From a virus (taxonomy: Duplodnaviria; Heunggongvirae; Uroviricota; Caudoviricetes), in IMG/VR virus record IMGVR_UViG_3300029828_000006, positions 27,904 to 91,903 of that record: a stretch of 64,000 nucleotides of DNA; one strand, 5' to 3'. This document shows positions 48,622-57,804 of this stretch, piece by piece. The notes under the pieces were generated by a model. That model saw only the letters and a list, made by a program, of their open reading frames with translations, did no database searches and was not told the origin of the DNA. A program made the translations under genes and the position numbers. Numbering within the stretch: position 1 is the first letter of the stretch; every line of letters begins with the position of its first letter.

Positions 48622-49802
48622 ACATACTCCATGAACATTTTTTCAGCTTGTGCTGGTGGTGTTCCAGCCATGACAAGCGCATCAATGAACGCCTGCTTCT
48701 TCAGTGCGAACTGATCGGCAAGGCGTTGCTGAAGCTCCTTGTTTTTCTGTTTCTCACGTTGCAAGGCCGCTTCTTTTGCTGCCGCCCGTTTTTTCTGTGC
48801 ATCTGACAACTTTCTGGCCTTGGTCAATTGGTCACGTAGTTTGTCGATCTTGCCGTTGTCCTTTGCCAGTTTTGTACTTAAAGCTGCCTGGCGCTTCTGA
48901 TAGAGCCTCCATTCGCGTTTGGCGGCTTCAACGTTCGTTTTACTGCTACGATTGCGATTAAACTCCTTCTCGTCTTCTTTTGAGAAGTGTTTGGTTGTAC
49001 GGCGGCGATCGTCACCAAATGCAATTTGCGTTGCAGCCTTTTGTAGCGCACGAGCAATACTCATTTGCCAACTGGCGGACTGTAACCGCGTCATTGAGTG
49101 GATCACGTGTTTACAGGCGACGCCTTGCAGCTTCGGGTTGCGAACTTTTGGATAGGCGTATTCTTTTGGCGGTGCCAGGGCAAAGTTACCCGCAGTGGCG
49201 ATGTAACGATACCAGTATTGATGACGACCACAGTCACAATCGAAAGACACTCGCCCGGCGCACAGTGATTTAGTGATTTTGAGAGCTGATTTATCGTCTT
49301 CTGCGATGTCATCAACCATCTGATCCCATTCTTCAAAGCGTATCCGGACGATATGGTGCTGGTGGACGGATATATCCGATGCTTCTACGCGGATATTAAT
49401 CACATTGTGGCGAAGAGATACGGGTGTAGCTCTTTTGATACCAGATCCGTCATCCACGGCGTTATTTGCACGCTTAATATCGATTGCCTGGCTGGATGCC
49501 ACCAGCTGGGCGTATGTGATGCCAGCCGTCTTGCTGTCATATTTTTCGCGCGTTTTACTCCGTAGCTTTTCGAAACCTTTCAGGTCGTCTCGCGTGAAGA
49601 ACGTGCCGCCTTTTTTCTTCCCTAACTTGAGAATATCTTCGGCGGATTTGTTCCTCAGTCTACCTGGCGTCAGCGTCCGGTGAGCTTGTCGGCGCTTACG
49701 GGTTTGTTCTTTCCTGATAAGGTCGAATAAACGCGTGAAGTCCTTAGAGGACAGGCCGTCAGTGATATAGCGCCCGTCCTGGTTTTTCAGGAAATCAGGC
49801 AT
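48609..49802 (-). CDS. SWIM-type zinc-finger protein with basic coiled-coil C-terminus
   Basis: 397 aa; CDCGRHQYW...ACKHVIH (CxC...CxH). Confidence 0.4.
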   Translation of the reverse strand: MPDFLKNQDGRYITDGLSSKDFTRLFDLIRKEQTRKRRQAHRTLTPGRLRNKSAEDILKLGKKKGGTFFTRDDLKGFEKLRSKTREKYDSKTAGITYAQLVASSQAIDIKRANNAVDDGSGIKRATPVSLRHNVINIRVEASDISVHQHHIVRIRFEEWDQMVDDIAEDDKSALKITKSLCAGRVSFDCDCGRHQYWYRYIATAGNFALAPPKEYAYPKVRNPKLQGVACKHVIHSMTRLQSASWQMSIARALQKAATQIAFGDDRRRTTKHFSKEDEKEFNRNRSSKTNVEAAKREWRLYQKRQAALSTKLAKDNGKIDKLRDQLTKARKLSDAQKKRAAAKEAALQREKQKNKELQQRLADQFALKKQAFIDALVMAGTPPAQAEKMFMEYVKKA

Positions 49803-50124
49803 TTTCTATCTCCGGTTCCGCGCTTGCGTAATCACGGATCTTGTTCCTCAGCCATGCCACATCAGGAAGAGTTAACGTGGTCCCTGCGGGCATTTCTTCC
49901 ATTTCTGACTCATGGCCCACCAGCACCCGGAATACCCAGCGCAAATCTGCATTGCCATACGCCCTGTAGGCTGCAAGGTCTGAACGATATACTTCATCAA
50001 TCTTTATCGTGTACTGGAAATTATCAGAGTGATACTCCGATACCCGCTTAATCATTTCCTGGTGAAACAGCGCACGAAAAATATCGTCTTCAATGTACCT
50101 ATCGTCGAGTCTGCTATAGCCCAT
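49795..50124 (-). CDS. hypothetical protein
   Basis: 109 aa, overlaps downstream gene by 8 bp. Confidence 0.3.
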   Translation of the reverse strand: MGYSRLDDRYIEDDIFRALFHQEMIKRVSEYHSDNFQYTIKIDEVYRSDLAAYRAYGNADLRWVFRVLVGHESEMEEMPAGTTLTLPDVAWLRNKIRDYASAEPEIENA

Positions 50125-50452
50125 AACAAAGCCTCTCAGTCATAACCTGGGGGAAACTGTATGCAGGGTGTGAAATGCGAGAAACAGACAGGCCACCAGT
50201 TCAGGGGGATGTGGTTCATAAATCCCCTCACTGGTGACAAGTGACTTTCATTAATCTTTATGCGGGGGCCAGCTTCATTTGCTGGCATTAGATTAAAAAT
50301 CAAACGGAGTAAATGACATGGATGTTATCTTCGAATTATTAATGCTAATTGATCTGTTTATGAACGCTTCATTGACCACTCAAATACTCGCGTCAATATT
50401 TTTGTTACTCTTCTACCTGGTATTGAGGGAGTTAACAAAGCTACTAATGTGA

Positions 50453-51106
50453 TCAAAGTATCACGGTATCTTCATCAACTTCTTTCCCAGTCAGCGACTT
50501 TGGCTGGGAGGTGCCTGCTTTAACTTTTTCATGCCCAATAATGGACAGGAACGAAGCGAGTATGCCTGTTTTTTGCTCTTTCTCGACTGTACCGGTCATC
50601 TGCTCTACGTAATCCGCACTGGCAACATTGTGGTATACGGTCGCGTAGCAACACAGGATCATCAAAATATGTTCCGGCCTGATATCCTGCCAGTTCACCC
50701 GGTAAACTTCTTCTCCGTTACCGTTGTATTCGGTGTCAACGATGGAGTCGGGAATTTCGAAAGCACCTTTATTGTTTTGCGGCAGGGATAATAGCTTCTG
50801 GAGTTTTAGCTCTCTGTATCTTTCCATCCCTACGATGATCGCAGCTCTGCCGTCGGCATGACGTGTCTTGAGTGTTACCTGGCTTGCTCCGGTGCCAGCG
50901 GAGATCGTTGGCGTAATTTCGTCTACCAGCACCTTAAATTTGCTTTTCCGCAGGGCTGCTATAGCTGGAGGAATCTTTTGCTTTTGTTCCAATGCTGACG
51001 CGGGAAGGGGTTTTACTTCGTTAATCACGAGAGCACCGTCTTTCAGTATTGCAGTGAGCATTTGCGGTTTGCTGGTGGTCAGGCTGAATATTGCTATCTT
51101 CTCCAT
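50453..51106 (-). CDS. hypothetical protein
   Basis: Likely start MEKIAIF at 51106 with strong SD GGAGGAAGGA; track ORF extends to 51148. Confidence 0.35.
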   Translation of the reverse strand: MEKIAIFSLTTSKPQMLTAILKDGALVINEVKPLPASALEQKQKIPPAIAALRKSKFKVLVDEITPTISAGTGASQVTLKTRHADGRAAIIVGMERYRELKLQKLLSLPQNNKGAFEIPDSIVDTEYNGNGEEVYRVNWQDIRPEHILMILCCYATVYHNVASADYVEQMTGTVEKEQKTGILASFLSIIGHEKVKAGTSQPKSLTGKEVDEDTVIL

Positions 51107-51133
51107 TGTCCTTCCTCCACGGATGACGGATAC

Positions 51134-51165
51134 AAAAAAAGGCCGCACATGGCGGCCTGCTTTGG
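51134..51165. terminator. rho-independent terminator (minus direction)
   Basis: Reverse complement gives ggccgccatgtgcggcc followed by TTTTTTT. Confidence 0.5.
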
Positions 51166-51452
51166 CGTTATGACTCCCTACCGCGCTTCGGCTGAAAGTT
51201 AATCGTCAAAAGAACCTTCAACGGGAGCCGTTAGCGCGATGGATTATGTGCAGTTTGTGATTTCCAGAATAGTGTCAACCACTTTTTGAGGATTTTATTA
51301 TTTGACCGAAACTTGGCCTAAATCATGTTGATGTAGTTGATTGTTTTTATAACATAAAACCTCATTTTGTTTACATGAAGGACGGGGTAGTGAAGTTAAG
51401 GGTTTTAGGGACCGCGCTCGCGGCTAAGATGGTAAAGTATGGAGTTAATGAA

Positions 51453-52286
51453 ATGTTTTTTATAAAAAATGGAAAAAGATGTTCCTCAACAATACTTGCT
51501 ACTGTTGTTGCTCTCTCTGTTCCCACATTTGCCTTTGCTTATGATTTTAGCAAAATTGACTGTAATGCCCCTAAAACCAGACAGATGTTAATCGATGATT
51601 ATAATGAACTGCTGAAGGACGATCAGGAAGCAATCTCTGTAATTGATGCTTATAATCAGATCAATGAGATAAGAGAAAAAAATAAGCTCCAATGTCTGGG
51701 AACGTATGAATTCTCTGATGGAAGTGCGCTTAGGGTTAGATATAAGTTATATTTAAATAGCCTCGGCACACCCATATATGAATTTGCTCCAGTTGAGGAA
51801 TTAACGCAGGATGATGTAAGCGCATCTATTCATAATTCCCCTGCAACTCCTGCAAGCATGGCTGGACATGATAAAAAAAATAATGGTGAAACGTATGCCT
51901 GTAAGGTGGCTGTAACTTACAAGGGGGAGCGTTCTAACTATATGGGGGATTCCGGAACATGGGATCGTGTGATTACTGACTATGGCACTTATTTTTCATG
52001 GGATTTGCCACGCGGAAACCGAGGCAACAGCACAGGTCAGGATGCTTTTAGTGGCATGGACGAATCAAAGCCTGTATTAGAAAATCAGCTAGTGAGAAAG
52101 GAAACTGAAAAAGATGGTAGCGTGGTTGATGAATTTAGGACTGATGTAAGTTATGGGGAAAAACAACCAGTTCATAAGTTTGTATATGCTCGTAGAATAA
52201 AACCTACAGGCATGAGAGAGTATTATGTTACGGATTTAACAGACAAGCGGGCGTTTATGTTTCTGAATTGTCAGAGAGATTCGTGA
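51453..52286 (+). CDS. secreted protein (signal peptide), low GC
   Basis: ATG 51453 with SD GGAG; MFFIKNGKRCSSTILATVVALSVPTFAFA signal peptide; track ORF starts 51375. Confidence 0.45.
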   Translation: MFFIKNGKRCSSTILATVVALSVPTFAFAYDFSKIDCNAPKTRQMLIDDYNELLKDDQEAISVIDAYNQINEIREKNKLQCLGTYEFSDGSALRVRYKLYLNSLGTPIYEFAPVEELTQDDVSASIHNSPATPASMAGHDKKNNGETYACKVAVTYKGERSNYMGDSGTWDRVITDYGTYFSWDLPRGNRGNSTGQDAFSGMDESKPVLENQLVRKETEKDGSVVDEFRTDVSYGEKQPVHKFVYARRIKPTGMREYYVTDLTDKRAFMFLNCQRDS

Positions 52287-52293
52287 TTGACAT

Positions 52294-52321
52294 AGCAGGC
52301 TTACTATTAAGCCTGCTTTTT
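52294..52321. terminator. bidirectional terminator
   Basis: agcaggcttactattaagcctgcttttt. Confidence 0.6.
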
Positions 52322-52325
52322 GGCT

Positions 52326-52685
52326 TTACTCGGTAATAGTTTTGCAGTTGTTTTGATTTAATGACAATCCTAGCTTGCTAGCAGCCAACTCATTTTCTGT
52401 GTGAGAACCAGCAAAAATGAAGCCTTGTTTTATCTTATTTACGGTGAAATATTTATTATACATGAACGCCCAGATAAATGAGGCAATCCACGGGCCAATT
52501 CCGGCTGTGAGGAATGCCAGTATCAGCATCACTACAAATACCCCAATAAAAGTTATAAAGTCTTTCCTGAACAAAGCTGGAAAAGCACCAAACAAGAATG
52601 TAGTCCAGGAAAAACCATAAAAACCGGTGATTGATTCGCCAGTTTGAGGGTTTTCAAGTTTAATTTTAGTAGCCACGATTATCAT
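52326..52685 (-). CDS. small inner-membrane protein (2 TM)
   Basis: 119 aa, hydrophobic segments FSWTTFLFGAFPALF and IGVFVVMLILAFLTAGIGPWIASFIWAF. Confidence 0.4.
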   Translation of the reverse strand: MIIVATKIKLENPQTGESITGFYGFSWTTFLFGAFPALFRKDFITFIGVFVVMLILAFLTAGIGPWIASFIWAFMYNKYFTVNKIKQGFIFAGSHTENELAASKLGLSLNQNNCKTITE

Positions 52686-52821
52686 CCTTTTACATAAAAA
52701 ACATATAGTTATAGTGCTGTGTGAGATTCTAATGTTACTAATTTACACTTTGTAATGCAATTAAATAACTTTAGGCAGTGGAAGTAACTATTCGTGGCAG
52801 ACTATCGTTAAGACCTTTCAA

Positions 52822-53106
52822 TTATGGTTGCTGTAAATGGAGGGGAACAGCCTGTTCTATCATCCCGCGTATCAAGCCAACTTCAAGTAGTTCCTCGTAT
52901 TCCCAGTATCTGTTTGTTACCAGATCCAGGCTGGCTATGACCTTGTGCCGGTCATTCGGCATAGCCAATTTTTCTGCTATAACCATCAGTGAAAACTCTT
53001 CATCCAGTAGAATTTGATAGCAGTTTTTTGATAGTTCCACTTCCCTTATGAGACTGAAACGTCGCTGGATTGTGGCAGCAGAGTAAGTGAAATCTATTTT
53101 CTTCAT
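52822..53106 (-). CDS. hypothetical protein
   Basis: 94 aa. Confidence 0.3.
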   Translation of the reverse strand: MKKIDFTYSAATIQRRFSLIREVELSKNCYQILLDEEFSLMVIAEKLAMPNDRHKVIASLDLVTNRYWEYEELLEVGLIRGMIEQAVPLHLQQP

Positions 53107-53165
53107 CGTGCGGAGAATCCGGTTATTTAGTAGTTAAAGCCCCGGACAGGCCGGGGCAACAGTAA

Positions 53166-53462
53166 TTAACTAACAATCCAGTCCGTAGCAACAACATCCT
53201 CTGGAGCTAAATCAATCGCATGGATTTTCCCATCCCGGATAGTGCGCCAGTGCTTTCGTGATCCACCTTCGGGCCACACCCATACACCTTCAGGCCAGGA
53301 TACTCGACGGCATACGATTGCATAGCCTGTTTTAATCCTCTCTCTGGCGGTATGCAACGACAGGTTTGCCTTTGGACTTTCAGGCACAGGATGGTGGATT
53401 GCCTGAAACATCCCCATCTTTGGATGATACCAGCGTTTATTGCGTGGTTCTGCCTCCGACAT
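53166..53462 (-). CDS. antirepressor-locus C-terminal-module protein (separate gene)
   Basis: ATG at 53462 preceded by AGGUG SD 7 nt after Rha stop; MSEAEPRNKRWYHPKMG... homologous to the tail of 137..844 and to the partial ORF at 1..139. Confidence 0.45.
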   Translation of the reverse strand: MSEAEPRNKRWYHPKMGMFQAIHHPVPESPKANLSLHTARERIKTGYAIVCRRVSWPEGVWVWPEGGSRKHWRTIRDGKIHAIDLAPEDVVATDWIVS

Positions 53463-53469
53463 CACCTGC

Positions 53470-54108
53470 TTAAAGGCTTTCCGGAAGGGGGGCCATGGCC
53501 ACAATGGAGCGTCGCGCAAGCAAACCATCGGGAGTTAAAAACTCATGCGTATCGGTGGGAATCCGGAAAGCGTTAACCAGGTTGCGGCATTTGGCTTCAG
53601 TCAGGCCACATTTCGCCGCCAGCTGGCGGTAGCCAATGTAGCCTTCCGGAATATTGCCTTTCTTTATTTGCTCGAGTGTTTCAGCGACCATCGATACTTG
53701 TGCTGATACCTCGGCTACCTGGGCATTTACGGCGTTGATCCGGCGTTCATGCTCAAGATGCATTTGCGCCATTTCAGCCAGAATTTCGGCTTTTGATTTT
53801 AACTGTACCCGGGCATTCTCCAGTTCGCGCCAGCGGTCCACCAGCCGGGCGGTGAATTCGGGAGAGAGCTGCGCGACGACGACAATACTATCGCGCTTGC
53901 CTTGCTCGCCTTCGAAGAAATAGGCTTTTGTGTATTTATTAGGGCTAAGTGATTGATTATTCTCAACTGTAGCCAATGGCGTATGTTGGATAACTCCTTT
54001 AGCAACAAGTCTTTCGATGCTGCGTTTAACATCAGAGTGACGACTTCCCACCAGTTCCGCGATCTCAATGCTGGTCATTGTCGCTTTTTGAGAGATGGAC
54101 AGATTCAT
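53470..54108 (-). CDS. Rha-family phage regulatory protein / antirepressor (second copy)
   Basis: 212 aa, MTSIEIAELVGSR motif; ~90% DNA identity with copy at 137..844 over the conserved core. Confidence 0.7.
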   Translation of the reverse strand: MNLSISQKATMTSIEIAELVGSRHSDVKRSIERLVAKGVIQHTPLATVENNQSLSPNKYTKAYFFEGEQGKRDSIVVVAQLSPEFTARLVDRWRELENARVQLKSKAEILAEMAQMHLEHERRINAVNAQVAEVSAQVSMVAETLEQIKKGNIPEGYIGYRQLAAKCGLTEAKCRNLVNAFRIPTDTHEFLTPDGLLARRSIVAMAPLPESL

Positions 54109-54323
54109 CAGTGCACCTCCACGCAGTTCATTGGCAGATTCCAGTAATTGAGGATCTCCATCGCATCAAGAGTGAAGCGAGCAGCAAAAATGCAGGGTTC
54201 TTCGGGAAGGTATGAGCGCGCCTCTGCTTCGGTAGCAGCCATTACGCAGATATAAAGGTGTTTTTGGCAGGAATAGAAACGCCAGATAAATTCAGAATGA
54301 GTTGGGGTAGGGATAGTAGCCAT
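54108..54323 (-). CDS. Icd-like small protein (second copy)
   Basis: 71 aa, FIWRF motif, strong SD AAGGAGG. Confidence 0.5.
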   Translation of the reverse strand: MATIPTPTHSEFIWRFYSCQKHLYICVMAATEAEARSYLPEEPCIFAARFTLDAMEILNYWNLPMNCVEVH

Positions 54324-54389
54324 ATTGGCAGCCTCCTTTGACTAAGTTAAGGAGCTACCGCGTGAGGTTCCAATCTCAATGGCGGTAGC

Positions 54390-54480
54390 ACTGACTGGGT
54401 TGGAACTACCGGCGTCAAAGGGAACCGGCCTGCCTTTCGGCAGCCCAGCCAGCACTACCATTGATCTCTGAGCTAAACGC
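54390..54480 (-). ncRNA. candidate c4-type antisense RNA element in second icd/ant leader
   Basis: + strand 54414-54422 gtcaaaggg is reverse complement of RBS-region cctttgac at 54335-54342. Confidence 0.25.
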
Positions 54481-55121
54481 TAAGTATGGCTGTGCGATGG
54501 CATGACACAAAAAAAGACGCGTTCGGCGTCTGTGTCGCCTTTGACATTATCCGGGGTTCCAATCCCGGCACCCGTTTTTCTAAGGTGCCGTAGAAATATA
54601 CCCCACGATAATGCCAGGGCGCAACAGTCAGTATTTTATGCTTTGGCGGATTTCTTCCGGGCTTGCTTGCAGGCGTAGGCCATTGCTTTAGCTTTCACTT
54701 CATCCAGCTTCCCGGTGATCACTTCTTTTCCGAGAGTGACAAACCAGTCATAGCAACCGCCAGTAATGTTCTTGATTTGAAAGTTGAGGTAGCGAACAGT
54801 CATTTTGACACCCCCAGCGCGAGTAAAGAATGCAGATTATCGCGTGAGTGGTGGACGACGAGTGATGGGAAAAGACTGTAGTTGTTCATAGTGTAGTGAC
54901 TCCTTGCTTTCGGAGCCGCCATCGACTGTTCCACGGTCTGGTGGCGGCGCAATAAAGGCTGGAACACCGTGAGTCAACGGGGGCTTTTCAGCCACCTATA
55001 TTGCACCGCCATAGGTATGGCGGCGGCAATAATACGAAAAACTAAACAGTTTGTCTCAAAAAGTTGACCGGTGTGCCAATCGGTAGTGAATGTACATCGG
55101 TGAAATTCACAATTCAACTTA

Positions 55122-55136
55122 AAATGTTAGAAAACT
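55122..55136. promoter_or_regulatory. operator-like motif (reverse orientation, AGTTTTCTAACAT) far upstream of second immI-like module
   Basis: Motif family; abuts stop of ref-like gene. Confidence 0.35.
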
Positions 55137-55713
55137 AATTTATCAATTCAATCGCCATCTGATACAACGTCATTTCATCGGCATTGTGCCGCATGAAATC
55201 TGCTTTTCCGCCTATTTTTCCGTCAGCATGAACAGGGACCAGCCAGGGATATTGTTCTCGGACCTCGGCTGGCGCTGCGTACTGGTGGTGCCATTTACAC
55301 AAAGGGAGGACATATTTATGCGCGTTCTCTACCGTTCTCCCGAAGATATGGTGCAGGGATACCACAGGGCTATGTTGCCCGTGAATATGGCAGGCAATGC
55401 AGGGGAGAGTACCGATAGCGGTCTGTATCCGGCGTTCATCGGCTGTGAGTGATCTGCCCTTCAGGCCGCGTGACGTGCGTGTTTTTTTGGGCGGAGCGGA
55501 TACCGCTTTATCTTTTCTCCGCTGTTCATATTGCTTTGCTTTTTCAATTTTCTTTTGCCGATATTCAGGCGATGCGGCTTTTTCTCTCGCTCGCTGCTGC
55601 TGGCGTTGAGCTTGTTGAAGGCGCTTTGCCCTTTGTTCCTCTCGCCAGGCTGGGTCAGCCAATTTTTGCATGGCTTTTTGTCTCTGTTTCTCCCAATAGC
55701 TCTGTTTCTGCAT
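55135..55713 (-). CDS. ref: HNH endonuclease, P1 Ref-like
   Basis: 192 aa; Lys/Arg/Gln-rich N-terminal ~80 aa then LPCIACHIHG...SLHHI.GRT...LPLCKWHHQ...AAPAEVREQYPWLVPVHADG HNH core. Confidence 0.6.
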   Translation of the reverse strand: MQKQSYWEKQRQKAMQKLADPAWREEQRAKRLQQAQRQQQRAREKAASPEYRQKKIEKAKQYEQRRKDKAVSAPPKKTRTSRGLKGRSLTADERRIQTAIGTLPCIACHIHGQHSPVVSLHHIFGRTVENAHKYVLPLCKWHHQYAAPAEVREQYPWLVPVHADGKIGGKADFMRHNADEMTLYQMAIELIN

Positions 55714-55781
55714 GATGGCAGTCTCTTACTTTTCAACGATTTTTCTATGATTGATCATAACCGTTAGATATTCAAAATTGA

Positions 55782-55796
55782 TTTTCTAACACAAAA
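55782..55796. promoter_or_regulatory. operator-like motif TTTTCTAACACAAAA in divergent ref / early-operon promoter region
   Basis: Motif family; partial inverted copy GTTAGATA at 55763-55770. Confidence 0.45.
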
Positions 55797-55830
55797 CATT
55801 AATATCATCACTGATAAATGTTTGGAGGAC

Positions 55831-55986
55831 ATGATGCTTATAGCTTTAAGTGCGATCCACCAGCCATCTGTGAATGAGATTGGCCTGTTCTATGTGTTGG
55901 TTTTCGGGGCGTTGGCGCTACTTGAGCTTGGTATTGAGCTTTTCGCAGTGCTTATGTTTTGCGTCACGATTCTGGGGAAATTTTGA
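55831..55986 (+). CDS. small hydrophobic membrane protein (51 aa), first gene of early operon
   Basis: SD GGAGGAC before ATG 55831; stop overlaps next ATG (TGATG); below the ORF-track size cutoff. Confidence 0.4.
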   Translation: MMLIALSAIHQPSVNEIGLFYVLVFGALALLELGIELFAVLMFCVTILGKF

Positions 55987-56597
55987 TGGTGAAACGTGTT
56001 TTGAAAATTTACATCGCGGGGCCGATGACTGGTTATCCAGATTACAACCGTGCGGCGTTTAATGCGAAAGCGAGCGAGTTGATGGCTGAAGGGCATATCG
56101 TTCTGAATCCAGCTGTGTTACCTGGTGGCCTTTGTCAGAGTGAATACATGGATATTTGCCTGGCAATGGTGCGTTCTGCTGATGCGATCTACTTGCTCAA
56201 TCGATGGGAGGAATCGATTGGTGCTCGTGCAGAGCACGCGCTGGCTGAAAAGCTGGGGCTGACTGTAATTTATGAGTCACCAACCAACATTGAATGCCAG
56301 GTTGCTCCGCATATTTACCGGGAACTGGTCAATGCACTGCGTGATATCGCTGCTGTATATCACGGCACAGAACAGCTTCGTGAGCGTTTAGCCCATACCA
56401 TTTCCTATTACCTGTCTTTATCTCATGAGCACAAGCTCCGCCAGAAGGTAATGATCAAATTTATCATGAGGTTATCGAAATCCCTGGCAAACGCCGATCC
56501 AAAGAATCCATTACCGAAAGAGGCAATGAATTACCTGAAGTCCTGCAACGTTGTTTCTGAAGATGGCGTTCTTTTGGTTAGAAGGAGTTCTGCGTGA
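55986..56597 (+). CDS. nucleoside 2-deoxyribosyltransferase-like protein (DUF4406-like)
   Basis: KIYIAGPMTG N-terminal motif; start MVKRVL at 55986. Confidence 0.4.
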   Translation: MVKRVLKIYIAGPMTGYPDYNRAAFNAKASELMAEGHIVLNPAVLPGGLCQSEYMDICLAMVRSADAIYLLNRWEESIGARAEHALAEKLGLTVIYESPTNIECQVAPHIYRELVNALRDIAAVYHGTEQLRERLAHTISYYLSLSHEHKLRQKVMIKFIMRLSKSLANADPKNPLPKEAMNYLKSCNVVSEDGVLLVRRSSA

Positions 56598-56911
56598 GCT
56601 GGCGGGGATGGGGAAGGGCAGAAATCATGATACTCCGCCAGTGCGCCGGAACTATGACGGTCGAGAGTATTGGGAAGCTGATCGGTCGTACCGGTGATGC
56701 CGTCAGGACTAAAGCGCGGGAGTTGGGGATCAGCATGATTCTGAAAGGAGACTTTCATCCGTCAGCCAAATACCGGCAGAGCGATATAGAACTGGCACGG
56801 CAGCTTCATCAGTGTGGTGTTCCCCGCCGTGAGATCGCGGAAAAACTCGAAATGCCCCTGGGCATGATTAATCAGTACGTTTATTTCGAAAGGAGAGTGT
56901 ATGAAGTCTGA
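56594..56911 (+). CDS. hypothetical early protein
   Basis: 105 aa, ATGA-coupled. Confidence 0.3.
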   Translation: MSWRGWGRAEIMILRQCAGTMTVESIGKLIGRTGDAVRTKARELGISMILKGDFHPSAKYRQSDIELARQLHQCGVPRREIAEKLEMPLGMINQYVYFERRVYEV

Positions 56912-57389
56912 AGGTTTAACGCCCGCACAACTGGCAGAGCGTAACGCTGAGTATGTAACGGAAATTTCCCGACTTGAGAAAGCGTGTGCTGCGCTGGCGG
57001 CGGAGAATGCTGGGCTGAAACATGCAATGGCTGTAACTCTTGAGCATGTGTCGGTCACGGATGCAGGGCAGGCCGGAGTTGCTGCAATGATTATCAACGA
57101 TGCCCTGCACCACAGCGAAACTCCAGCCACCAATGCTTTTCTGGCTGAAATTCGTGCGGCGGCTCGCAACGAGGGGATTAACTATACCGCAAGCCGTCTT
57201 GCTGCTGCTTTCAACCACGGATTTATCAATAAGTCTTTACGTGAAGTTTTCGACGTTACGCGCATGATTCTGTCAGCGAAAGAAGAGTTGGCTAATGAAC
57301 CGCACCCGATTGATGGCCTGTCCGGTGAATATGCGGAGAAATCCCTTGAAGAATGGGCGGAACAGATTCGCAAAGGAGCTGACAAGTGA
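56901..57389 (+). CDS. coiled-coil early protein (Ea22-like), paralog of 57805..58590
   Basis: Shared module AAENAGLK...FLAEIRAAARNEG..A.R.AAAF..GFI. Confidence 0.35.
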   Translation: MKSEGLTPAQLAERNAEYVTEISRLEKACAALAAENAGLKHAMAVTLEHVSVTDAGQAGVAAMIINDALHHSETPATNAFLAEIRAAARNEGINYTASRLAAAFNHGFINKSLREVFDVTRMILSAKEELANEPHPIDGLSGEYAEKSLEEWAEQIRKGADK

Positions 57390-57796
57390 AGAGGATGATT
57401 TTTGTGGCGGCATTGCTGACCATTACCCAACAGGCGCAGGCTTCAGCAGTTATTGTGGCATCTACCGCCGCGACCACGGCTGCTGTAGCTGCTGCGAACT
57501 CTGCGAATATCGCAAACCAACAGTCACAGCGTGCTGCCAATGCATCAGCCAGTGTTCACCCGATCGCCATTAAGACCGGCAAGAAAAATATAGGTTTCAT
57601 AACATGCGGCAAACGTTCTGACGAGGCTGTAGGTTCACTTGGATGTACGGTATATGGGGATAGTGAGAGTAGAGAAATTCCATGGAAAACGTGGCCCGGA
57701 TACGTTCTCGGATCGAAGCTCCCTGCCAGCTACGAAGTAAATGCCGTATCGTTTGATCACTATAACGGCGTGGCAACTGTCTATTTTACATACTGA
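57386..57796 (+). CDS. secreted protein (signal peptide)
   Basis: MKRMIFVAALLTITQQAQA signal peptide. Confidence 0.4.
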   Translation: MKRMIFVAALLTITQQAQASAVIVASTAATTAAVAAANSANIANQQSQRAANASASVHPIAIKTGKKNIGFITCGKRSDEAVGSLGCTVYGDSESREIPWKTWPGYVLGSKLPASYEVNAVSFDHYNGVATVYFTY

Positions 57797-57804
57797 GGCT
57801 CCGC

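Noticed and set aside
53166-53528. Second antirepressor copy as a frameshifted pseudogene (two overlapping ORFs, C6 homopolymer at the junction)
   Set aside because: The downstream ORF has its own ATG at 53462 preceded by an AGGUG SD 7 nt after the upstream stop, and the left-edge copy is also split into two coupled ORFs. A natural two-gene arrangement is more likely, although the boundary differs between copies.
54540-54575. Possible tRNA T-arm (GGGGTTCCAATCCCGG)
   Set aside because: No matching D-arm, anticodon stem or acceptor stem could be built around it in either orientation.
54636-54881. ORFs in the 800-bp icd-ref intergenic region (track ORF 54663..54881 + and a minus-strand ATG at 54802)
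   Set aside because: The minus-strand frame stops after 27 codons; the + ORF lacks a convincing RBS and lies in a region better explained as immI leader/antisense RNA.
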